Assembly: GCA_038245845.1 (NCBI GenBank)
Contig: JBBRRZ010000011.1
Span: 36,494-100,493 of the forward strand
Direction: 5' to 3'
DNA: 64,000 nt
Source: Candidatus Limnocylindrales bacterium
GTDB taxonomy: Bacteria; Chloroflexota; Limnocylindria; Limnocylindrales; CSP1-4
How positions within the stretch are numbered: the first letter of the stretch is position 1; every line of letters begins with the position of its first letter. The position numbers were made by a program, and so were the translations under genes. The notes under the pieces were generated by a model. The model was not told the DNA's origin and did no database searches. It was given only the letters and a program-made list of their open reading frames with translations. This document shows positions 39,967 through 50,023 of the stretch, piece by piece.

Positions 39967-41643
39967 ATGACGATCGGGACGACGAGCGCGTCCGGCGCGC
40001 ACGACACCCGGCCGCCGCTCGCGCGACGCGGCGCGGACCTGGAGCGGCTGGCCAACGAGCCGTGGGACATCCTCGTCATCGGCGGCGGGATCGTCGGCGC
40101 CGGGGCGCTGCTCGACGCGGCCAGTCGTGGCCTGCGCGTCGCGCTCGTGGAGCAGGAGGACATTGCCGCCGGGACATCTTCGCGCTCGAGCCGGCTCATC
40201 CATGGGGGTCTGCGCTACCTCCAGCAGGGCGAGGTGGGCCTCGTGCGTGAGGCGCTGGCGGAACGCGCCCGGCTGCTGCGGCTCGCCCCGCACCTCGTCC
40301 GCCTGGAGGCGTTCCTGTTCCCGATCTACGGTCGCCGGGTGGTGGCGCGCGCCTTCTACCAGGCAGGCCTCACGGGCTACGACGTGCTGGGGTCCGCGAG
40401 GTCGGCGGGCCGCCATCGACATCTCGACATCCGGCAGACGCTCGAGTACGCGCCGACCCTCGTGCGCAAGGACCTCCGGGGCGCGCTGCTGTACCACGAC
40501 GCGATGGAGGACGACGCGCGGTTCGCGCTCGCGGTCGTCCGGACGGCGCAGGCACGCTGGCCCGGAACGGTGCTCGCCGTCACGCGGGTGCGCGCGACGG
40601 CGCCAGTCCTCGACGGCCAACGGGTCACGGGTGCGCGCGTCGAGGACCGCCTGTCCGGCGCCGCCTTCGACGTCCGGGCGACGACCGTCCTCGACGCGAC
40701 CGGCGTCTGGGGCGCAATGCCTGACCGACCGTTCGGCGCCGGCTCGTTCCAGGTGCTGCCGGCCCGCGGGGCTCACCTCATCATCCCACGTGGTCGCATC
40801 CCTGCCCGCGGCGGCATGACCCTGCGGATCCCGGGTCGGGTCGCCTTCCTGGTCCCCTGGCCGCGCCACTGGGTCATCGGCACGACGGATCGTCCCCACC
40901 GCGGTCCCGTCGACCGGATCGCCGCCACCGGCGAGGACGTGGACGAGATCCTCGGGACGCTGAACGGGGCATTGGACCTCGATCTCACCCGCGCCGACGT
41001 CGTGGGCACGTACGCCGGGCTGCGGCCATTGATCGCCCCCTCGGACGCACGGTCCACGGTCCGCATCTCGCGCGAGCACAAGGTCAGCGTGGAGGCGCCC
41101 GGGCTCGTGCGCGTGAGCGGCGGCAAGTACACGACGTACCGGGTCATGGCCCGCGACGCGATCGACGCCGCCCTGGGGCCGGCAGCGGCCCGGGCCCGCC
41201 CCAGCCAGACCCGCAACCTGCCGATCCACGGCGCGGCGAGCCGCTCCGACCTCGATGCGCTCGCCGCCCGGCTCGCGACAGGCAAGCACGCCCTCGGCGA
41301 CGAGGCGGCCATGTCACTCGTGGACCGCCACGGGACGGACGCCGAGGCCGTGCTGGCGGTCGGTGCGGCGCACGACCTCAACCGTCGACTCGTGGATGAC
41401 GCGCCGTACCTCGAGGCTGAGATCGCCTGGGCCGTGGACCGCGAGATGGCCCTGTCGCTCGACGACCTGCTTGCCCGGCGCCTGCGTCTCGTCCATACGC
41501 TGCCCGACCGTGGGCAGGCAGTCGCGTCACGTGTCGCGGCGATCGCGGGGCAGGTGCTCGGCTGGGGTGCCGAGCGCCAGGCGGCCGAGGTCGGGCGGTT
41601 CCTCGACGGCGCCCGGCGTGAGTTCGGCGTCCCTCCGGGCTGA
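39967..41643 (+). CDS. glpD: FAD-dependent glycerol-3-phosphate dehydrogenase
   Basis: DILVIGGGIVGAGALLDAASRG, SSRSSRLIHGGLRYL, GGKYTTYR. Confidence 0.8.
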   Translation: MTIGTTSASGAHDTRPPLARRGADLERLANEPWDILVIGGGIVGAGALLDAASRGLRVALVEQEDIAAGTSSRSSRLIHGGLRYLQQGEVGLVREALAERARLLRLAPHLVRLEAFLFPIYGRRVVARAFYQAGLTGYDVLGSARSAGRHRHLDIRQTLEYAPTLVRKDLRGALLYHDAMEDDARFALAVVRTAQARWPGTVLAVTRVRATAPVLDGQRVTGARVEDRLSGAAFDVRATTVLDATGVWGAMPDRPFGAGSFQVLPARGAHLIIPRGRIPARGGMTLRIPGRVAFLVPWPRHWVIGTTDRPHRGPVDRIAATGEDVDEILGTLNGALDLDLTRADVVGTYAGLRPLIAPSDARSTVRISREHKVSVEAPGLVRVSGGKYTTYRVMARDAIDAALGPAAARARPSQTRNLPIHGAASRSDLDALAARLATGKHALGDEAAMSLVDRHGTDAEAVLAVGAAHDLNRRLVDDAPYLEAEIAWAVDREMALSLDDLLARRLRLVHTLPDRGQAVASRVAAIAGQVLGWGAERQAAEVGRFLDGARREFGVPPG

Positions 41644-41856
41644 CCCCGCCCCGGGGCCTGCGCGCCACGGCCGAAGGTCCCTTCCCGGATGCAAAATTGG
41701 GTATCGCCACCGTTGCGGTTTGTGCGTAGACTGCCCCCGTGCACGGGCAGCCGTGTACGCATTACGCACCCTCGCACGTTCGAAACTTGGTCTCCTCCGG
41801 CAAGCACCTCGAGGATCCCGGGCAAGAGGCGGCGACACACTGGAGGAGATCGGCAC

Positions 41857-42282
41857 GTGGCCGACAAGACACTGACCTGTTCCGACTGCGGGATGGAATT
41901 CGCCTTCACCGAGCGCGAACAGGCCTTCTACACCGAGAAGGGATTCTCGGAGCCCCGTCGCTGCCCATCGTGCCGCGCCAGCCGCAAGGCGGCCCGCGGC
42001 GCGGAGAGTGGCGGTGGGTATGGCGGCGGCGCCAGCTCGTACTCGAGCGGTGGCGGCTATGACTCCGGCTACGGCGGCGGTGGCGGCTATTCCGCCGGCG
42101 GCGGCGCTGGTGGCGGCGGCGGGTACGGCGGCGGTGGCTACGGCCAGCGCAGCAGCGCGCCCCGCGAGATGTTCGAGGCGACCTGCTCCTCGTGCGGCAA
42201 GGAAGCGCGTGTTCCCTTCCGCCCGACGAACGGCAAGCCCGTCTACTGCTCGGACTGCTTCCGAACCCAGCGCGGCGGCTGA
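41857..42282 (+). CDS. Double zinc-ribbon protein with a Gly/Tyr-rich linker
   Basis: CSDCGMEF...CPSCR (first CxxC pair), then about 60 aa of GGGYGGG low-complexity linker, then CSSCGKEA...YCSDCF (second CxxC pair). GTG start with the RBS GGAGGAG. Confidence 0.55.
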   Translation: MADKTLTCSDCGMEFAFTEREQAFYTEKGFSEPRRCPSCRASRKAARGAESGGGYGGGASSYSSGGGYDSGYGGGGGYSAGGGAGGGGGYGGGGYGQRSSAPREMFEATCSSCGKEARVPFRPTNGKPVYCSDCFRTQRGG

Positions 42283-42305
42283 TCGGAACAGCACAACGAC
42301 CGAAA

Positions 42306-42339
42306 CCGGGCCGAGAGCTCCTCGGCCCGGTTTCTCGTT
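42306..42339 (+). terminator. Rho-independent terminator after the zinc-ribbon gene
   Basis: CCGGGCCGAG-AGCU-CUCGGCCCGG followed by UUUCUCGUU. Confidence 0.6.
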
Positions 42340-42546
42340 AACCCCAGGGATCGGGTCCTCGCCAGGCCTCTTCGTTCGGTCGCGTGTCGGTTCCGTCGCG
42401 CGGCGATCGGGCCGCCCGCGCGGCTGTCTCTCGGCGAGGTGTACGATCGACCTGATGTCCCTTCCCTCGTACGCGTGCCGCGTCCGGCGGACCCGAACGG
42501 TCCCGACGCCGGCCCCGCGCGTGACCCCAGCGGAGACCCCCTGACC

Positions 42547-43989
42547 GTGGCCGTCGGCTCCTCGAACGACTTCGATCTCGTCGTCCTCGGTGCGGGGACG
42601 GGTGGCTACGCCGCCGCGTTCCGCGCCTCGCAGCTCGGGCTCCGCGTGGCCCTGGTCGACGAGGACAAGCTGGGCGGCACGTGCCTCCACCGCGGCTGCA
42701 TCCCGACCAAGGCACTCCTCGAGAGCGCCGCGTTCAACGAGCGGCTCAAGCACGCGGGCGACTTCGGGCTGCTGCTGGGCGGCGAGACCACCGTCGACTA
42801 CGCGAAGATCGCGGCCCGCCGGGACATGGTCGTCAACCGCATGTGGAAGGGCGTCCAGAGCCTCGTCAAGAAGTACGACGTGACCTGGGTCGCCGGCCGC
42901 GGCCGCCTCGAGGGCGCCCACAAGGTCCGGGTGGTGCAACCCGGCGAGGATGGCACGCCGGGCAAGGGCGGGGAGCGGATCCTCAACGCCACCGACGTGA
43001 TCCTCGCGACGGGCTCCAGGGTCAGGAGCCTGCCCGGGATCGTCCCGGACGGCCGGCGGATCGTCACCTCGGACGACGTCCTGCGCATGGACACCATGCC
43101 GACCTCGGTGATCATCATCGGCGCCGGTGCCGTGGGCGCCGAGTTTGCCTCGATGTACCACGACCTGGGCGCGACGGTGACGCTGCTGGAGTACCTCCCG
43201 GCGATCGTCCCGCTCGAGGATCGTGACGTCAGCAAGGAGCTGGAGCGGAGCTTCAACCGGCGCGGGATCAAGGTCGTGACGAATGCCCGCTTCGACCCCG
43301 CAGCCATCGTCGTGGACGACGCAGGCGTTCGGATCACCGTTGGTCCCGAAGGCAAGGACGCCGCGGAGATCGGGGCGGAGATGCTGCTCGTCGCCGCGGG
43401 CCGGGCGACGAACATCGAGGACGTCGGGCTGGACACGACGGCGGCCGAGGTGGACCGCGGCTTCGTCAAGGTCGACGGCCACATGCGCACGAAGGAGCCG
43501 CACCTGTACGCGATCGGCGACATCGTGGGCGGGCTGATGCTCGCGCACACGGCAGCGCACGAAGGGATCATCGCGGCGCACACGATCGCAGGCGACCCGG
43601 ACATCCACCCGATGGACTACGTGAAGCAGCCCCGTGCGACGTACTGCCGTCCCGAGATCGCGTCGGTCGGCCTGACCGAGCAGGAGTGCGAGAAGCGCGA
43701 CCTGCCCACGAAGATCGCGAAGATCCCGTTCCAGGCAGTCGGCAAGGCGATCATCGGCGGCGAGTACGAGGGGTTCACGAAGATCATCGCGAACCGTGAC
43801 ACGGACGAGACGCTGGGGATCCACATCATCGGCCCCCACGCCACGGACCTCATCGCGGAGGCGAGCCTCGCCCTCGTGCTCGAGGCCACCCCGTGGGAGA
43901 TCGGCGCCACGACCCACGCCCACCCCACGTACTCGGAGATCCTCGGCGAGACCGCGATGGCCGTCGACGGGCGGTCGATCAACTTCTAG
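42547..43989 (+). CDS. lpdA: Dihydrolipoyl dehydrogenase (E3)
   Basis: FAD Rossmann DLVVLGAGTGGYAAA, redox-active disulfide GGTCLHRGCIPTK, C-terminal HAHPTYSE. Confidence 0.85.
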   Translation: MAVGSSNDFDLVVLGAGTGGYAAAFRASQLGLRVALVDEDKLGGTCLHRGCIPTKALLESAAFNERLKHAGDFGLLLGGETTVDYAKIAARRDMVVNRMWKGVQSLVKKYDVTWVAGRGRLEGAHKVRVVQPGEDGTPGKGGERILNATDVILATGSRVRSLPGIVPDGRRIVTSDDVLRMDTMPTSVIIIGAGAVGAEFASMYHDLGATVTLLEYLPAIVPLEDRDVSKELERSFNRRGIKVVTNARFDPAAIVVDDAGVRITVGPEGKDAAEIGAEMLLVAAGRATNIEDVGLDTTAAEVDRGFVKVDGHMRTKEPHLYAIGDIVGGLMLAHTAAHEGIIAAHTIAGDPDIHPMDYVKQPRATYCRPEIASVGLTEQECEKRDLPTKIAKIPFQAVGKAIIGGEYEGFTKIIANRDTDETLGIHIIGPHATDLIAEASLALVLEATPWEIGATTHAHPTYSEILGETAMAVDGRSINF

Positions 43990-44056
43990 TCCCGATGCAC
44001 CGCCGGTCGGGCCGGCGGATCGGGCGCCCGACACGCCCCGGCACACGGAGGACGAG

Positions 44057-45151
44057 ATGACGGTCACGGACCGCAGCGGCGACGCCGCGACGAGCCCCCT
44101 CGCCGCCTCTGTCGGGCTGACCGACGCCGACCTCATCGCGATGTACCGGACCCTTGCGCTGGCGAGGGCGATCGACGAGCGGATGTGGATCCTCAACCGA
44201 GCGGGGCGGATCCCGTTCGTCATCAGCGGCCAGGGACATGAGGGCGCCCAGGTCGGCCTCACGTGGGCCCTCCGGCACGACCAGGACTGGGTCGCCCCGT
44301 TCTATCGCTCGATCGCCACCTGTCTCGCGTTCGGCATGAGCCCGCGGGAGCTGATGCTGGCCCAGTACGCGAAGGGCAGCGACCCGTCCTCGGGCGGTCG
44401 CCAGATGCCCGGGCACTACGGGCACCCCGCGCACCACATCGTCTCGGTCTCGTCGCCGGTCGCGACCCAGATCCTGCACGCGGTGGGGATCGCCCTCGCG
44501 GCGAAGATCCGCAAGCTCGACCAGGTGGCAGTCGCGGTGATGGGCGAGGGCAGCTCCAACCAGGGCGACGTCCACGAGGCGCTCAATTTCGCCGCGATCC
44601 ACCGGCTGCCGTTCGTGTTCATCGTCGAGAACAACGGGTATGCGATCAGCGTCCCGGCCGAGAAGCAGATCTCGGTCAAGGATGTCGCGATGCGCGCGGC
44701 CGGCTACGGGATCCCGGGCGTCGTGGTCGACGGGACCGACGTCCTGGCCTGCTACGCGGCGGGCCGCGACGCCCTGGAGCGTGCGCGACGCGGCGAGGGC
44801 CCCACGCTCATCGAGGCGAAGGTGACCCGCCTGACCGGGCACAGCTCCGACGACCAGCAGACGAAGTACCGCTCCGAGGACGACCTGGCCGAGGGTCGGG
44901 CGCACGACCCGCTGCCGATCTTCCGGGCCCAGCTGGCCGACGCCGGCGTCCTGACCGAGGCGATCGATGCCGCGATCGCCGACGAGATCGAGGCGCTCGT
45001 GGAGGACGCGACGGACTTCGCGGAGGCTGAGCCCGATCCCGACCCGTTCACCGCCGTCGACTGGGTGTATGCCGAGACGTGGCCGTCGGAGATCCCGCCG
45101 CCATGGCACCCGGCAGGACCGGCTACGACGCCATCCGGGGGCGCCCACTGA
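44057..45151 (+). CDS. 2-oxoacid dehydrogenase E1 alpha subunit (ThDP-dependent; BCKDH/PDH-type)
   Basis: ThDP motif G...GEGSSNQGDVHEALNFAA...NN, phosphorylation-loop-like region. 364 aa. Confidence 0.85.
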   Translation: MTVTDRSGDAATSPLAASVGLTDADLIAMYRTLALARAIDERMWILNRAGRIPFVISGQGHEGAQVGLTWALRHDQDWVAPFYRSIATCLAFGMSPRELMLAQYAKGSDPSSGGRQMPGHYGHPAHHIVSVSSPVATQILHAVGIALAAKIRKLDQVAVAVMGEGSSNQGDVHEALNFAAIHRLPFVFIVENNGYAISVPAEKQISVKDVAMRAAGYGIPGVVVDGTDVLACYAAGRDALERARRGEGPTLIEAKVTRLTGHSSDDQQTKYRSEDDLAEGRAHDPLPIFRAQLADAGVLTEAIDAAIADEIEALVEDATDFAEAEPDPDPFTAVDWVYAETWPSEIPPPWHPAGPATTPSGGAH

Positions 45152-46134
45152 TGGCGATCCGCACCTTCATCGAGGCCATCCGGGACGGCATGGCCGAGGA
45201 GATGCGCCGTGACGATGCGGTCATCCTCCTGGGCGAGGACGTCGGCAAGAAGGGTGGCGTGTTCCTCGCCACGGACGGCCTGTGGGGCGAGTTCGGTGAC
45301 GACCGCGTCATCGACACGCCGCTGACGGAGTCGATGATCATCGGCGCGTCGATCGGGGCCGCGATGAACGGCCTGCGCCCGATCGCCGAGATCCAGTTCG
45401 CGGACTTCATCCACCCGGCGTTCAACCAGCTCGTGTCCGAGGCGGCACGCATGCGCTACCGCTCGAACAACGGGTTCGGCGTCCCGATGGTCGTCCGGGC
45501 GCCGTACGGCGGCGGCGTCCATGGCGCGCTCTACCACTCGCAGTCGGTCGAGGCATTCTTCACCCACGTCCCGGGTCTCAAGGTCGTGATCCCGTCCACG
45601 CCCTACGACGCGAAGGGCCTGCTGCGGTCTGCCGTCCGCGACGACGACCCGGTGCTGTTCTTCGAGCACAAGAAGATGTATCGCTCGGTCCGCGGCGAGG
45701 TCCCGGCGGGGGAGTACACGGTGCCGCTGGGCCGGGCGCAGATCCGGCGGCCGGGCCGCCAGGTGACGGTGGTGGCCTACGGGCTCATGGTCCTGTATGC
45801 GCTCGAGGCCGCCGAACGGGTCGCGGAGGAGGGGATCGACGTCGAGGTCATCGACCTCCGGACGCTCCGTCCGCTGGACCGCGAGACGCTGCTGTCGTCC
45901 GTGCGCAAGACCGGCAAGTGTCTGGTCGCGTACGAGGACAACCGGTTCGGCGGGTATGGCGCGGAGATCGCGGCGATCGTCGCGGAGGACGCCTTCGACT
46001 ACCTCGACGGGCCGGTTTCGCGGATCGCCGGACCGGACGTGCCGGGCGTCCCGTACAACCACGCGCTCGAAGACTGGTTCATGCTCAACCCGGTGAAGAT
46101 CGCGGACGCGATCCGCAAGCTCGCCGCGTACTGA
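45151..46134 (+). CDS. 2-oxoacid dehydrogenase E1 beta subunit
   Basis: Transketolase-like pyrimidine-binding and C-terminal domains (LTESMIIGASIGAAMNGLRPIAEIQFADF). Start overlaps the E1 alpha stop. Confidence 0.85.
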   Translation: MAIRTFIEAIRDGMAEEMRRDDAVILLGEDVGKKGGVFLATDGLWGEFGDDRVIDTPLTESMIIGASIGAAMNGLRPIAEIQFADFIHPAFNQLVSEAARMRYRSNNGFGVPMVVRAPYGGGVHGALYHSQSVEAFFTHVPGLKVVIPSTPYDAKGLLRSAVRDDDPVLFFEHKKMYRSVRGEVPAGEYTVPLGRAQIRRPGRQVTVVAYGLMVLYALEAAERVAEEGIDVEVIDLRTLRPLDRETLLSSVRKTGKCLVAYEDNRFGGYGAEIAAIVAEDAFDYLDGPVSRIAGPDVPGVPYNHALEDWFMLNPVKIADAIRKLAAY

Positions 46135-46484
46135 TGCCGGCGGCGCCAGCCGACCTCACGAAAGTCGAGGCGCGCCTGCGCGCGATCCTGGACCCGTACC
46201 GCGATCGACTGGAGCTGGCGACGATCTATGCGATCCCGACGCTACGCCGGGCGGGCGCGAGCGCCCACGACTGGTTCGCGTTCGTGAAGCGCGCGTCGAG
46301 GCACGTCGGGTTCTACCTGCTGCCGATGCACACGCACCCATCGCTCGGGGACGGGCTCTCGCCGGCCCTCGCGAAGCGGCTCACCGGCAAGTCGGTGTTC
46401 ACGTTCGCGGCGATCGACGAGCCGCTGTTGGCGGAGCTCGAGGCGGTCGTGGCCCGGGCGTTCACCGCATACATGGCGAGCTGA
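46134..46484 (+). CDS. Hypothetical protein (116 aa)
   Basis: Start overlaps the E1 beta stop (TGATG). No signal peptide. No recognised domain. Confidence 0.45.
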   Translation: MPAAPADLTKVEARLRAILDPYRDRLELATIYAIPTLRRAGASAHDWFAFVKRASRHVGFYLLPMHTHPSLGDGLSPALAKRLTGKSVFTFAAIDEPLLAELEAVVARAFTAYMAS

Positions 46485-46507
46485 GCGGCAGGCGAGCGGG
46501 GACCTCC

Positions 46508-46867
46508 GTGCCTCGAATGCTCGTCCTGGTGCTGCTTGGGTCCGCGCTCGCGATCGATGGATGCGGGCTCGTCGACACGACCGTTCCGGCTGCGTCGGGG
46601 CCGTGCACCATCGCGGCGCTGAATCCCGATGACCCGTCGGCGGGCCTCGCGTCAGGCGGGCCGTGCGTGATCCTGACCTGGGACACCACGCGCTTCCCCT
46701 CGGCCCTCACGAACGATGGTGGCGTCGGCGATCCGTTGGAGCTGCGTGGTGCTGCCGACGCGGCCGGCTATCCGGAGGCCCACCGACGCCCCCGGAGCGT
46801 AAGCGGAGCCGAGTTCGGGCCGTGGGGCTCCACGGCCGCGCCGAGTGCGCCACGGGAGCGTCAGTGA
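46508..46867 (+). CDS. Hypothetical small lipoprotein
   Basis: MLVLVLLGSALAIDGCG (signal plus lipobox). Confidence 0.4.
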   Translation: MPRMLVLVLLGSALAIDGCGLVDTTVPAASGPCTIAALNPDDPSAGLASGGPCVILTWDTTRFPSALTNDGGVGDPLELRGAADAAGYPEAHRRPRSVSGAEFGPWGSTAAPSAPRERQ

Positions 46868-47044
46868 CGGGGCACCAGGGAGCCGCGGACACGGGCGCGG
46901 GTCGCGGTGGCGCGGGTCGCCGGCCATCTGACGCCGCCACCCGAACGCAACACGCGCGAACGGGCACGCACCGGCGGGATGCGCGACACTAGGCCGAACG
47001 ACCCCGCGCCCACGCGCAGCGCCCCATCGGGAGGAACACGACCA

Positions 47045-48562
47045 GTGGCCAAGGTGACGATGCCGCAGCTCGGCGAGAGCGTCGCGGAAGGGACGATCGG
47101 ACGCTGGCTCAAGCAGCCGGGCGACACCGTCGCCAAGTACGAGCCGCTGCTCGAGGTCATCACCGACAAGGTGAACGCCGAGGTCCCGAGCCCGTTCGCT
47201 GGTGTGCTCAAGGAGATCCTCGCGGAGGAGGGGGCGACCGTCCTCAACAACGCGGAGATCGCGGTCATCGAGACCGAGGCCGAGGCGCTCGCCGGCGGCA
47301 CGGACGCGCCCGCGCCGGTCGCGCTCGAGGCCGAGGGCAGCACCGCCGTGGAGGGCACGGTCGAGGTCGAGCCCGCGAACACCGGCGCGGCCGGCGAGGC
47401 TGCGAACGGCCCGGCCGGCTCGGATGAACGACCGGTGAGCGTGCCGGCACCCGTCGCGAGCACCGCACCCGTCGCCGCAGCGGCAAGCCCCGCACCCGTC
47501 GCCGCGGCGTCCGGCCCGGCACCCGTCGCCGCAGCGGCAAGCCCCGCACCGAGCGCCGTCGCAACCGACGCCGCGGGCGACCCGAACGCGCGCATGACCC
47601 CCGCGGTCCGCCGCCTCCTCCGGGAGCACGCCCTCGAGGCAGCCCAGGTCGCGGGCACCGGCGGCGGTGGCCGGATCACCCGCGAGGATGTCATCTCCCA
47701 CGTCGAGGCTGTCCGAACTGGCACGACGCCCGCGGCACCGGCCCAGGCTGCACCCGCGGCCGAATCCCACAGCACCGGCGCGGCAGCGTCCGTGCCAGCC
47801 GCGCGCCCGGCCCCCGCGGCCGCCACGAATGCCGGGATCACCTTTCCGGCGGGCGCCGACGAGGTCCTCGTCCCGATGACCCAGATGCGCAAGGGCATCG
47901 CGGCGCAGATGACGCGCGCGCTCAGCGCACCCCACGCGTACGTCCAGATGGAGATCGACGTCACGCGGCTCGTCCGCCTGCGCGAGAGCCTCAAGAAGGG
48001 CTACCAGGCGAAGGAGGGGATCGGCCTCTCGTTCGTGCCGTTCGTAGTGAAGGCGTCCGCAGAGGCGCTCAAGCGCAACCCGACGTTCAACGCCAACTGG
48101 ACCGACCAGGGCGTGCTCGCAAAGCGCCGGATCAACATCGGCGTTGCGGTCGCCGTCGACGACGGGCTGATCGTCCCCGTGATCCGTGACGCGGACACGC
48201 TCTCGATCCACGGCCTCAACGCCGCGATCACCGACGTCGCCAACCGCGCCCGCGCGAACAAGCTCCGCCTCGACGACTTCGGGGGCGGCACGTTCACGGT
48301 GGACAACACGGGCTACCTCGGCACGAACCTCGTGATGCCCATCATCAACGTGCCCGAGGTGGGCATCGTCACGATGGAAGCGATCACGAAGCGAGCCGTC
48401 GTGGTGGGCACCGAGGACGGAGACACGATCGCGATCCGCCCGATCATGAACATGGTCCTGGGCATCGACCACCGCGCGAACGACGGCGCCGGTGGCGCGG
48501 CGCTGCTGCGCGACATCAAGCGCTGGCTGGAGAACGTCGGCCCCGAGACCGCGATCTACTAG
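47045..48562 (+). CDS. Dihydrolipoamide acyltransferase (E2) with lipoyl domain, E3-binding domain and catalytic domain
   Basis: Lipoyl-Lys context EVITDKVNAEVPSP, Ala/Pro linkers, PSBD (TPAVRRLLREH...TGGGGRITRED), catalytic DHRANDGA. Start at the GTG at 47045 or the ATG at 47060. Confidence 0.85.
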   Translation: MAKVTMPQLGESVAEGTIGRWLKQPGDTVAKYEPLLEVITDKVNAEVPSPFAGVLKEILAEEGATVLNNAEIAVIETEAEALAGGTDAPAPVALEAEGSTAVEGTVEVEPANTGAAGEAANGPAGSDERPVSVPAPVASTAPVAAAASPAPVAAASGPAPVAAAASPAPSAVATDAAGDPNARMTPAVRRLLREHALEAAQVAGTGGGGRITREDVISHVEAVRTGTTPAAPAQAAPAAESHSTGAAASVPAARPAPAAATNAGITFPAGADEVLVPMTQMRKGIAAQMTRALSAPHAYVQMEIDVTRLVRLRESLKKGYQAKEGIGLSFVPFVVKASAEALKRNPTFNANWTDQGVLAKRRINIGVAVAVDDGLIVPVIRDADTLSIHGLNAAITDVANRARANKLRLDDFGGGTFTVDNTGYLGTNLVMPIINVPEVGIVTMEAITKRAVVVGTEDGDTIAIRPIMNMVLGIDHRANDGAGGAALLRDIKRWLENVGPETAIY

Positions 48563-48564
48563 CG

Positions 48565-49011
48565 GTGCGCCCGCGGCTCGCCCTGGCGGCGACCCTCGCC
48601 CTCGTCGGCGTCGTCGGCTGCGGCCTGATGCCGTCGAACGGCGCCCTCACGGCGGCGAACCACATCCAGACCTCGGTCCAAGGGTCACGCACCACGTGGA
48701 CGGTCACCCCGTGGCCCCTCGACCGGACCACCGCGCTGCTGTGCGTGAAGAAGCCAGGCCCGGAGTTCACCGCTGCGGACCCGCGGAGCGCCGACGTCAC
48801 GGGCTGCGCGCCGCTCGCCGTGATGCCGCGCGGCGACGCAGTGGACGTCACCTTCGATGCTGCAACCCTCGACCCCGCCGTCGCGGCTCGGTTCGCGACG
48901 TCCACGGCACCCTGGTACCTCGTCGTCGCAGGCAGCCGGGGTGGCGCCTCGTCCACGATCGTGACGGAGATCGCCGTATCCCCGCTGCCCAGTGACGCTG
49001 GCCCAAGCTGA
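48565..49011 (+). CDS. Hypothetical lipoprotein
   Basis: LALAATLALVGVVGCG lipobox. GTG start 3 nt after the E2 stop. Confidence 0.45.
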   Translation: MRPRLALAATLALVGVVGCGLMPSNGALTAANHIQTSVQGSRTTWTVTPWPLDRTTALLCVKKPGPEFTAADPRSADVTGCAPLAVMPRGDAVDVTFDAATLDPAVAARFATSTAPWYLVVAGSRGGASSTIVTEIAVSPLPSDAGPS

Positions 49012-49985
49012 TGCGAATCGTCATCACCGGCGGGGCCGGGTTCATCGGCCGCGTCCTCGTGGATCGGCTGGCCCACCGCGGAGACGACGTGACCGCGCTC
49101 GTACGCGATCCCGCACGCGCCGGCTACCTGGCCGAGCGCGAGGCCGTCACGCTCGTCCGGTCATCGCTCGCCGATCCGGGCCTGATGCGCGACGCGATGC
49201 GCGGCGCGGACGCCGTCATCCACGCCGCGGGCTCCTACCGGGTCGGCATCCGGGCATCGGAGCGCCCGGCGATGTGGGACGCGAACGTCGGCGCGACCGA
49301 GCGCGTCCTCGACGCCGCGATCACAGAGGGCGTCCCCCGCATCGTCGCCGTGTCCACGGTGAACGTCTTCGGCGACACGCACGGGGCCATCGTCGAGGAG
49401 CCGCACCGTCGGCCGCCCGGCGAGGGCTTCCTCTCGTGGTACGACGAGACGAAGCTCCGCGCGCACGAGGCGGCCGAGGTGCGGATCGCGGCCGGCGCCC
49501 CCGTCGTCATCGTCATGCCCTGCCAGGTCTATGGCCCGCACGACCACTCGCTCGCCAGCGCCCAGCTCGACGAGGCGTTTCACGGCCGCCTGCGCTACAT
49601 CGGGTTTGCCGACCTCGGGCTGGCGTGGGTCCATGTCGACGACCTCGCCGACGGGATCGTGGCGGCGCTCGACCACGGTCGCCCGGGCGAGGCGTACGCG
49701 CTCGCGGGCGAGGTGACGACGATGGGTGACGCGATTGCCCTCGCCGCACGGCTCGGCGGGAAGCGGGCGCCGGCGCTCCACGTCCCGACGGGCCTGCTGC
49801 GCTTCCTCGCCCCGCTCAATGACACGGTTGGCGGCCTCCCGGGCATGCCGGCGAACCTCGGCGAGACGATCTCGGCCAGCGCCGGGGTGACGTACTGGGC
49901 GAACCACGACAAGGCAGCGCGGGAGCTCGGGTTCGCGCCGCGCGGCCTGGAGCAGGGGATCCTCGACACGTGGGGCCACCGGTGA
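49011..49985 (+). CDS. NAD-dependent epimerase/dehydratase-family SDR
   Basis: IVITGGAGFIGRVL glycine-rich NAD motif, extended SDR fold. Confidence 0.8.
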   Translation: MRIVITGGAGFIGRVLVDRLAHRGDDVTALVRDPARAGYLAEREAVTLVRSSLADPGLMRDAMRGADAVIHAAGSYRVGIRASERPAMWDANVGATERVLDAAITEGVPRIVAVSTVNVFGDTHGAIVEEPHRRPPGEGFLSWYDETKLRAHEAAEVRIAAGAPVVIVMPCQVYGPHDHSLASAQLDEAFHGRLRYIGFADLGLAWVHVDDLADGIVAALDHGRPGEAYALAGEVTTMGDAIALAARLGGKRAPALHVPTGLLRFLAPLNDTVGGLPGMPANLGETISASAGVTYWANHDKAARELGFAPRGLEQGILDTWGHR

Positions 49986-50023
49986 CGGCGGCAGACCGCA
50001 GCGACGCACCGTACACTCGGGCC

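Noticed and set aside
41690-41856. tRNA or small RNA in the AT-richer leader before the zinc-ribbon gene
   Set aside because: No T-loop (GGTTCGAATCC-like) or cloverleaf could be traced. It is treated as an untranslated leader or promoter.
41527-44262. 911-aa minus-strand ORF
   Set aside because: It is antisense to lpdA and neighbouring genes and has no domain signal.
46652-48472. 606-aa minus-strand ORF and other long antisense ORFs (11010-12674, 16768-18672, 13715-14726, 18703-19899, 25890-27053, 27601-28599, 28750-29997, 29757-31187, 32984-34189, 33787-35826)
   Set aside because: All overlap genes on the opposite strand that have clear family signatures. Their composition is Arg/Gly/Pro-rich junk.
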